Positions 57,400-64,000 of a stretch of DNA of 64,000 bases are shown in pieces; the first letter of the stretch is position 1; each line of letters begins with the position of its first letter. Under the pieces are notes generated by a model, which was not told where the DNA came from, did not search any database, and saw nothing but the letters and a program-made list of their open reading frames with translations. The stretch is from Escherichia phage KKP 3954, in sequence record OR067838.1; one strand, given 5' to 3'. Made by a program: the position numbers and the translations under genes.

Positions 57400-58091
57400 T
57401 GACGACAATTATTGCAACCAAAAATAAGATTTTGAGTGACGGTAAGGTAACTTTTGGTGGACGTGTAGATTCTATTAATTTCAAAAAGGTCCGAAAAATT
57501 GGAGATTACCTTGTAGGTGGTGCTGGTCGTCTGACCTCCGTGCTTTCTTTCTTTCAATGGTTTGAACAAAATCTACAGTGCGAAGCAGCACGTGATGCTG
57601 TCCCTGGTTTGATGATTCACTCTGATCCAGATAAAGAAGATGAAGAGTTTATTGCACTTGTTGTTCATCCTGACGGACGTATTTTCCTGCACGAAGGTAA
57701 CAACCCAACACGTGCATATCCGATTGATGAAGAATATTATGCGGTAGGAAGCGGGTCAGACTTTGCTTTAGCTGCTCTTGATGCAGGGGCAACACCAGAA
57801 CAGGCTATGGAAGTAGCTAAAAAGCGAGATGCTTTTTCTGGTGGTGAAACATTTGTTGAAGAACAAGATGAGATTATTGAATTAACAGACGATGATTTAG
57901 AAAACTTCTCCAAAGAAGAATTGATCAATCTTTTGAAATTCGGTAATCCCTACGGTGAAGAAGAACCTCGTAACGTGGCAGGTAACGAGGCGGATACTGA
58001 AGAAAAATCTGTTGCAGAAAACAACTTGACTTCTAAATCTGAAAATATTAATCTCGTAAATGTGGCGGATTTCGAAGGAACCGCTATTTAA
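57399..58091 (+). CDS. HslV/ClpQ-like Ntn-hydrolase peptidase
   Basis: MTTIIA N-terminus, KKVRKI, GGAGRLTSVLSFFQWFE and YAVGSGSDFALAA parallel E. coli HslV; acidic C-terminal tail. Confidence 0.6.
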   Translation: MTTIIATKNKILSDGKVTFGGRVDSINFKKVRKIGDYLVGGAGRLTSVLSFFQWFEQNLQCEAARDAVPGLMIHSDPDKEDEEFIALVVHPDGRIFLHEGNNPTRAYPIDEEYYAVGSGSDFALAALDAGATPEQAMEVAKKRDAFSGGETFVEEQDEIIELTDDDLENFSKEELINLLKFGNPYGEEEPRNVAGNEADTEEKSVAENNLTSKSENINLVNVADFEGTAI

Positions 58092-58096
58092 CAAAC

Positions 58097-58118
58097 TGCC
58101 CCTTCGGGGGCATTTCTT
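58097..58118 (+). terminator. rho-independent terminator
   Basis: TGCCCC-TTCG-GGGGCA plus TTTCTT. Confidence 0.5.
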
Positions 58119-58218
58119 AAACATAGGAGATTAATAATGTTACAAGTTCCTGCTAAGTTTGTTGAAGGCGCTATCCACTCTTACCGTCAAACATGTAAGA
58201 GGGCAAGAAACTGTTTAG

Positions 58219-58572
58219 ATGGTCTGGTGGCAAAAACCTATACTGTTGAAAAAGAAAAAACGTTGGTTTGGCAAAGATGTTTACGAAGTTAATATTTTTG
58301 GTGAACATAAACTAAACCACGATACTCCTGAAAACATGTTAGAAATATTTCTAAGAGATGACAAAATATCTCCTATGGATTACCAACTTTTAAAATTTTA
58401 TGATTCTTCTTTGGCTATTGATAAGTTTGTTGAAGATATTCTGTCTAGAAAAACAGATAAAAACACTTATCCTCTAGAGGCTGATCAAATAGGATTATTA
58501 AACGAGATTTCATCCTTTAAAGAGTTGGATAATATTACAAAAGAGGAGATTTTAGATGGCATTAGATTATGA
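58219..58572 (+). CDS. hypothetical protein; probably starts at ATG 58137 before a frameshift
   Basis: ORF from 58137 (RBS AGGAG) joins this frame at an A6 run near 58250. Confidence 0.3.
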   Translation: MVWWQKPILLKKKKRWFGKDVYEVNIFGEHKLNHDTPENMLEIFLRDDKISPMDYQLLKFYDSSLAIDKFVEDILSRKTDKNTYPLEADQIGLLNEISSFKELDNITKEEILDGIRL

Positions 58573-59065
58573 TCGCCCAACGAGCGATTATTATCCGACA
58601 CCGCAAAAAGCAATCAACAGTTTGTTTAGTGTTATAGATTTCAAAAATCTAAAGGAAGAAGGTTGGGTTTTTGCAGAACCTTGTAGAGGTGAAGCTGAAG
58701 CGATTTATCGCCATTTTCCTGAAGGTTCAGAATATTGTGAACTTGAAGAAGGTAAAGATTATTTTAGTCATGAATGGGAAAATCGTCCCGACATTATAAT
58801 CACAAATCCTCCATTCAAGTTAGCAATGGAGTTCTTGGAAAAGAGCTTAAAAGAGGCGGATGTTTGTATTTATCTTCTTCGGTTGGGCTTCTTGGAGTCA
58901 AAGAAACGACGAGAGTTCCATCAAAAGAATCCACCAACAAACCTTATAGTCCTTTCAGAACGGCCTTCGTTTGTTGCAGGTGGAACAGATAAGACAGCAT
59001 ACGCTTGGTATGTATACGACCCAAAGAATCGTTTGGGCCTCTCTCAACCATTTTATTTTGTTTAA
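58556..59065 (+). CDS. N6-adenine DNA methyltransferase, phage Dam-like
   Basis: DYYPTP and IITNPPF motifs in 169 aa. Confidence 0.55.
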   Translation: MALDYDRPTSDYYPTPQKAINSLFSVIDFKNLKEEGWVFAEPCRGEAEAIYRHFPEGSEYCELEEGKDYFSHEWENRPDIIITNPPFKLAMEFLEKSLKEADVCIYLLRLGFLESKKRREFHQKNPPTNLIVLSERPSFVAGGTDKTAYAWYVYDPKNRLGLSQPFYFV

Positions 59066-59077
59066 GGAGTGTGAACT

Positions 59078-59314
59078 ATGGGTAAACTAATTATGACAGT
59101 GGCTATTGATTTTGATGAAGTAGATGAAAGCCTCAACCTTTCACTTTCTACTGATGTAGAGGGTGAAATGGATAATATTGAAGCAGCTACTGCTCTTTTC
59201 TTCAAAAAGGCCATTGAAGTTTATGCCGAACATGCTGCAAATCAGGCAGTAGATTACGGTGGTATCGTGCGAGCTTTGGTTCACTCTACCGAGGACAATG
59301 ACTGGGAAGACTAA
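59078..59314 (+). CDS. hypothetical protein
   Basis: 78-aa acidic ORF. Confidence 0.3.
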   Translation: MGKLIMTVAIDFDEVDESLNLSLSTDVEGEMDNIEAATALFFKKAIEVYAEHAANQAVDYGGIVRALVHSTEDNDWED

Positions 59315-59517
59315 TGGCTTACAATTATTACTGCATTTATGCACATGAAAAGAAGAAAGGTGACACTGGGACTAACGTTTATGCGGAGTCTGAATCTCAT
59401 GCAAAAGAGATTGGTGCTATCCTTTTATCACGCTGGACTGGAAATAATTACAGTGCAGAAGATATGTTTGCAGAAGTGGATTCTAGTATCCAAGAAGGCA
59501 ACATAACAACTACGTGA
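59314..59517 (+). CDS. hypothetical protein
   Basis: 67-aa ORF. Confidence 0.3.
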   Translation: MAYNYYCIYAHEKKKGDTGTNVYAESESHAKEIGAILLSRWTGNNYSAEDMFAEVDSSIQEGNITTT

Positions 59518-59525
59518 TATACTTA

Positions 59526-59552
59526 TACTCCCTTCTCGGAGGGAGTATTTTT
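59526..59552 (+). terminator. rho-independent terminator
   Basis: TACTCCC / GGGAGTA hairpin plus TTTTT. Confidence 0.5.
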
Positions 59553-59563
59553 AAGGAGGGATT

Positions 59564-59758
59564 ATGCAGAGCGGAGAAGAACTTTTAGAGAAACAATTCT
59601 CAACGCGTCAACAAGCTTTAAGTTATATGGTTTTTCTAAGCAATCTTGATGTGAATGAGATACTTTTACGGCGCGAAGGTAATTTCTGGAGCGTTAAATA
59701 CCATGCAACAAGATCTGTAATCTACCTAGAAGAGGCGGAATTCTCTTTGGTAGAATGA
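59564..59758 (+). CDS. hypothetical protein
   Basis: 64-aa ORF. Confidence 0.3.
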   Translation: MQSGEELLEKQFSTRQQALSYMVFLSNLDVNEILLRREGNFWSVKYHATRSVIYLEEAEFSLVE

Positions 59759-60345
59759 TCCGAGGAGTAGTTATGCGTTCAACTTTCACTGGCAAAATAA
59801 ACGCTGGTTTAATTTTTACCGCAGTAAGCATTCTTAGCAAAAAGTTTAAAGTTGTTAACTTACCTGTGTGTGTCGATTTCGATCATGTCTTTGATCCTTC
59901 GAACCCCACTCGTTGCATAGTAAGGAGTAATGTTGAAAACCCAACAGAAAATCTTTTTTATGTAACAAAACCATCTCAAAGCATACTTAACCAGGTTGAG
60001 GCGAAATTGATACCTAACGGTAAATATTACTCCTTTTTACCTTGCAAGTCGGTTGAAGTAGAGAATAGCAATACTTTCGCTAACAACTTGTCTGTATTCG
60101 TTTTCTTTGTTTCGCACGAAGATGAAACAGATGAAATGGTAGCAACAGTGAGATCACTTTATGACTCTTTAGGGGTTGTTTATAGACAACAAGTGTGCGA
60201 AAATAATAAAGCTTGTGTAGATTTCATTATCAACGGTATTTGTGTTTGTAGAGTAGAATCTTTTTGGCTGCACGATACATATGTGACTGTAGCAGAGGTT
60301 ATATCTGAACCAAAATTTAGTCATGCGGTTTCGTTAATAATTTGA
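59755..60345 (+). CDS. hypothetical protein
   Basis: 196-aa ORF. Confidence 0.3.
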   Translation: MIRGVVMRSTFTGKINAGLIFTAVSILSKKFKVVNLPVCVDFDHVFDPSNPTRCIVRSNVENPTENLFYVTKPSQSILNQVEAKLIPNGKYYSFLPCKSVEVENSNTFANNLSVFVFFVSHEDETDEMVATVRSLYDSLGVVYRQQVCENNKACVDFIINGICVCRVESFWLHDTYVTVAEVISEPKFSHAVSLII

Positions 60346-60355
60346 GGAGGAAGGA

Positions 60356-60685
60356 ATGGAAATTACTACAGAACAAGCCCTTATCGACGAGGGTCGTAAA
60401 ATCTTAGAAAAGCATTTAGGGGAGATTCATAAAACTCCTGGCTATTTGGGTTGGAGAATTGTTGAAGCTGTAGATTTCCTTCCTCGTAACAGTAAAAGCG
60501 TCGAAATGCGATCTCTTTTCTTATTAGTAAAGGTGGATGGGGATACACCTTTTAAAGATGCCGCAGAGCATATTGAAAAAGTTGAAGAGAAAGCTTATGC
60601 AGAATTTGCCGATCTTGTTTTAGAACAAAAGATTGAAGGAAAGGTGAATATTTTTATTTTCTTAGATTTTGAGGAGGATAAGTGA
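60356..60685 (+). CDS. hypothetical protein
   Basis: 109-aa ORF. Confidence 0.3.
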   Translation: MEITTEQALIDEGRKILEKHLGEIHKTPGYLGWRIVEAVDFLPRNSKSVEMRSLFLLVKVDGDTPFKDAAEHIEKVEEKAYAEFADLVLEQKIEGKVNIFIFLDFEEDK

Positions 60686-61425
60686 TCATACATAGAGAAA
60701 TTACTGTTAAAAGCGATCAAGATCTTTTTATAATTGGAGATCTACACGGTTGTTATAATTTGTATGAAAAAGGAAAGGCAAAGTTAGGTATCCGAGATAC
60801 AGATGTAGTTGTATCTTTAGGAGATCTTACTGACCGTGGAAAGCAAAACTTTCGTTGTGTTTTAGAATTTACTCGTAAACACAATCGCTACGCTATTCGT
60901 GGAAATCATGAAGACATGATGATTAAAGGTATGCTGGAAGGAGATCGTAGCTACTTCGAGTGTTGGTATCAAAATGGAGGATATACAGTCCTTGAAGAAT
61001 GTGGTGAAGAAGGAGCTACAGCCTTAGCAATGATGACAGAAGATTTACCTGTTGTTCTCATTGTTAACTACAGAGGCATGAAACTTGCGTTTATTCATGG
61101 TGGGTATCCATCTTCTTTGGAATATCTCCCTGTAACAGATATTCCAGAATACACTTTGAAGATGACAAAAACACAGGAAAACCGTTTTGCTGAAGCACTT
61201 ATGTGGGACAGAGATATGGTGGACTGTGCTAAAGAGGGAATGAAACTTCCTGTTGTGATGGGTGTGGACTATGTGTTTCATGGACACTCTTATGTAAAAA
61301 CACCTATTATCAATGCGAATCGTGTTTATATGGATACTGGATCTGTGTTCAATAATAACTTAACATTTGCTTATTTCGATATGGACGGTGGTCTTCAATT
61401 TTATTCAACTCTTGAGGAGGATTAA
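60682..61425 (+). CDS. PPP-family Ser/Thr protein phosphatase
   Basis: GDLHG, GDLTDRG, GNHE motifs. Confidence 0.65.
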   Translation: MIIHREITVKSDQDLFIIGDLHGCYNLYEKGKAKLGIRDTDVVVSLGDLTDRGKQNFRCVLEFTRKHNRYAIRGNHEDMMIKGMLEGDRSYFECWYQNGGYTVLEECGEEGATALAMMTEDLPVVLIVNYRGMKLAFIHGGYPSSLEYLPVTDIPEYTLKMTKTQENRFAEALMWDRDMVDCAKEGMKLPVVMGVDYVFHGHSYVKTPIINANRVYMDTGSVFNNNLTFAYFDMDGGLQFYSTLEED

Positions 61426-61733
61426 TGTATAAGATTACAATTATTCAAAGTGTAGGTAATATCCGTAAAGAAGTTATCTTAGAAACAGAAGATGTTAATC
61501 TTGTTCGTGAGATTGTTTTTAAGGAAGATAACCTGCAAGCTGTAGAATCGGATGCACCGAATCTTATGGTGGATCAAGAATATTCTGAACTTCGTCGTAT
61601 TTTTGAAGAGATTCAGAAGAAAGAAACACAACCTACCATAAAACCTTTTGGTCCTTATGATCCGAGCAATCCTAGCAGTCCTTGGATCATGAGAAATACA
61701 GAACCATATACACCTTTTGAAATTACTTGCTGA
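61425..61733 (+). CDS. hypothetical protein
   Basis: 102-aa ORF. Confidence 0.3.
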   Translation: MYKITIIQSVGNIRKEVILETEDVNLVREIVFKEDNLQAVESDAPNLMVDQEYSELRRIFEEIQKKETQPTIKPFGPYDPSNPSSPWIMRNTEPYTPFEITC

Positions 61734-61740
61734 GGTGTTT

Positions 61741-62322
61741 ATGGCAGAATTGTTTTATACGGGAGTTGGAAGTAGAGACATCTCCGAAGAAGAGTGGGCT
61801 TTGATGGTAGGCATAGGGAAATGGCTTTCCAACCTTGGGTTTAAATTAAGGTCTGGGAAGGCAGAGGGTAGTGATTCTGCTTTTGAAACAGGTGTCCAAG
61901 AGTCTGAAAATCCTACTAACAAGGAGATTTATGTTCCTTGGGAAAATTTCAAAGGTAATCAGATTCCAGGTGATGTTATTGTTCTTGCAAAACCAGATAC
62001 AATGAACTATGCTATCTCTGTGCAATGGATCAAAGATGTTCACCCAGCTTATGAAAAGCTTAAGCAGGGTGCTAGAAAATTGCACCAACGTAATGTGCAT
62101 CAGGTGTTAGGTAAAGATTTGGAGAATCCTGCTCCATCATGTTTCTTGTTGGCTTGTGCCGATACTGATAAACACGGAGATGCAAAAGGCGGAACAGCTA
62201 CGGCTTGGAAGATAGCTAAAGCAAATAATGTTCCTTGTTTAAACATTCGTGGGAGAACAAAACAAGAGATTTATGATTTTCTACGACCTTTGGTAATGAG
62301 GGCAATAACAAGTGATTCCTAA
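61741..62322 (+). CDS. Rossmann-like SLOG/DprA-like protein
   Basis: YTGVGSRD and SGKAEGSDSAFE motifs. Confidence 0.3.
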   Translation: MAELFYTGVGSRDISEEEWALMVGIGKWLSNLGFKLRSGKAEGSDSAFETGVQESENPTNKEIYVPWENFKGNQIPGDVIVLAKPDTMNYAISVQWIKDVHPAYEKLKQGARKLHQRNVHQVLGKDLENPAPSCFLLACADTDKHGDAKGGTATAWKIAKANNVPCLNIRGRTKQEIYDFLRPLVMRAITSDS

Positions 62323-62824
62323 ACGTAAACGTGGTGAACAAAGAACAAACTTGGCAGAAATCTTAGATTACAACATGGTTAATGATGTGACAAAAGAAAT
62401 TCTCCCTGTTGTAGAAGATATTCTTCGTAGAGGGTTACGATTCTGCTCGGATCGGGTGCATTTCATGTGGACACATAAAAGTGATTCCGCTTTGAATTTC
62501 TATCCTTTAGACTACACTCTGAACAATGCAGAGATGAAAGATATTAACAAATATTTAATGGGGTATAAAGATATAACCGAAACTGTTCTTGGAGAATTGG
62601 CAGAAATCTTGGCTAACGATATCCTTAGAAATATTAATAAGGCTCTTGACAGAAGCCCAGAAGGAGTAGTAGTATCTTTTGCTGTGCCAGATATGGTTAA
62701 ATATGAGTCTACAATACCTAATAAAGCTTATGCCTTTCTTCGGAGAGACGTTCGTGGAAATGTGTTGGAGATGGAGTCAAACTACAAGATTGAGGAGGTT
62801 TTATGGCAGAGTTCGGATCAGTAA
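62312..62824 (+). CDS. hypothetical protein
   Basis: 170-aa ORF. Confidence 0.3.
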   Translation: MIPKRKRGEQRTNLAEILDYNMVNDVTKEILPVVEDILRRGLRFCSDRVHFMWTHKSDSALNFYPLDYTLNNAEMKDINKYLMGYKDITETVLGELAEILANDILRNINKALDRSPEGVVVSFAVPDMVKYESTIPNKAYAFLRRDVRGNVLEMESNYKIEEVLWQSSDQ

Positions 62825-63093
62825 CAAGTTTTGAAAGTAACTTCGTTACAGCTTGGGAAGCTTGGGATGAAATGGGTGTTGGGGAACTTTATTTTTACAA
62901 TGTAACATTACGTCCAGAGTATGCTTACCTGGTACCAGAAGGAACAGTTCAAATTGGCATGTATTTGTCTTCTCAAGACGGTGTTGTTCAATTTGAGTTT
63001 TATTCGAACACAACGGACAACGAATTTACATATCGTGCATTTCATGTCACCATGTCTTTAGGAGAGGAGAAATTTTATGACGACCAAGTTTAA
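62803..63093 (+). CDS. hypothetical protein
   Basis: 96-aa ORF. Confidence 0.3.
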   Translation: MAEFGSVTSFESNFVTAWEAWDEMGVGELYFYNVTLRPEYAYLVPEGTVQIGMYLSSQDGVVQFEFYSNTTDNEFTYRAFHVTMSLGEEKFYDDQV

Positions 63094-63274
63094 AACAGTA
63101 GAAGAAGCCGTAAAAGCAGCTTATGAGGCTTTAGCGGAAGCAGAGCAGTTAGCAGATGAGACTGGTAAAGGTTTCCGTTTCTCCCCTGAATATGGGATGG
63201 GTGGCTATTATGATCCAGAAGATGAAAATGAGAATACTGGAACAAATTGGCATCCATCTTCTTTAAGTTGTTAA
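63077..63274 (+). CDS. hypothetical protein
   Basis: 65-aa ORF. Confidence 0.3.
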   Translation: MTTKFKTVEEAVKAAYEALAEAEQLADETGKGFRFSPEYGMGGYYDPEDENENTGTNWHPSSLSC

Positions 63275-63561
63275 TAGGAGGTAAAGTGGGAATCGAAGAT
63301 ATCAAAGGTTATAAGGCGCATACTGACGATAAGATTGGCAAGGTTAACGCTATTAAAGATGCAGAAGAGCGTTTAGGTTTAATCTTCAAAGCTTTAGAGG
63401 AAGAGTATTGTGAAGCATATCATGGGTCTTTTGACGGCACAGAAAAAGAATTAGATCTTGCATACGAACGTATTGATCAAATCCGTTGTGCTATTAAACA
63501 TTTAAAAGAAGCTAGTATGTGGGCTTGTCGTTCAGTTTTCCAACCAGAGGAGAAATACTAA
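63247..63561 (+). CDS. hypothetical protein
   Basis: 104-aa ORF. Confidence 0.3.
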   Translation: MASIFFKLLIGGKVGIEDIKGYKAHTDDKIGKVNAIKDAEERLGLIFKALEEEYCEAYHGSFDGTEKELDLAYERIDQIRCAIKHLKEASMWACRSVFQPEEKY

Positions 63562-63779
63562 TGAGTGATCGTAATGTTGAAGAATTAACTGAAAAAGCCC
63601 AAGCTATTATGGCTTTAGTGGACGAACTTACAAAAGAAGCTGAAGATGCTGGTTTTGGTCTTAGTTTAGAAAATGACGCAATCTGTTTTGAAGATTGGCA
63701 ATCCTCTTCTTGTTATGGTGAAGGTGATGATGGTTTCGTCGTTAATTCTCAAGGCGTTTGGCACAGTAGTAGCTGTTAA
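63561..63779 (+). CDS. hypothetical protein
   Basis: ATG after GAGGAG; acidic, Cys-containing. Confidence 0.3.
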   Translation: MSDRNVEELTEKAQAIMALVDELTKEAEDAGFGLSLENDAICFEDWQSSSCYGEGDDGFVVNSQGVWHSSSC

Positions 63780-63788
63780 GGAGAGATT

Positions 63789-64000
63789 GTGGAGTCTGAA
63801 GGCGAACTGCTGATAAAAAAGAAAGTTAAAGAGATGGAACAAGCACAAAGAAAGTTTCGTAAGGAGATTGAAGAACTTTGTGAACAGTTTCAGGAACAAG
63901 CTTGGATAGGTGACTACGGTAACGGAGAAACTTATTACCCTACAGGAACGCCAGCCGCAGATCACTATATTGATTTCATTTGTGAAGATTATGGTGTAGA
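63789..64000 (+). CDS. hypothetical protein, 3' end beyond window
   Basis: GTG after AAGGAGAG; open to window edge. Confidence 0.3.
   Translation, partial: MESEGELLIKKKVKEMEQAQRKFRKEIEELCEQFQEQAWIGDYGNGETYYPTGTPAADHYIDFICEDYGV

Noticed and set aside
1-64000. CRISPR arrays, integrase, repressor, transposase or insertion sequences.
   Set aside because: No regularly spaced direct repeats and no recombinase-like ORFs were seen; the window looks like a virulent phage.

Overview
The window reads as a contiguous piece of a tailed-phage genome (about 38-40% GC) with three blocks. (1) 1-28850, minus strand: virion morphogenesis and lysis genes, including tail fibre/depolymerase-like proteins, baseplate, tape measure, frameshifted tail chaperones, tube, sheath, lambda-E-like major capsid, scaffold, portal, a large terminase interrupted by a mini-intein, and an overlapping i-/o-spanin pair (so a Gram-negative host). 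(2) 29050-31000, minus strand: a cluster of about 14 tRNA or tRNA-like genes, folded by hand. (3) 32434-64000, plus strand, after an AT-rich divergent control region: early and nucleotide-metabolism genes, including many small ORFs, an RNA-repair trio, DNA ligase, a DnaQ-like exonuclease, ThyX-like, NrdAB, glutaredoxin, T4-type lysozyme, PhoH, an HslV-like protease, a Dam-like methyltransferase and a PPP phosphatase. The most unusual content is a complete dTDP-L-rhamnose pathway (rmlB-rmlA-rmlC-rmlD) beside nrdAB, with rmlB interrupted by a 2-nt insertion. Several genes are split by apparent frameshifts, mostly at homopolymer runs, which suggests sequencing indels as much as biology. No integrase, repressor, CRISPR array or transposase was seen. 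All calls rest on ORF structure and remembered motifs; no database search was run.
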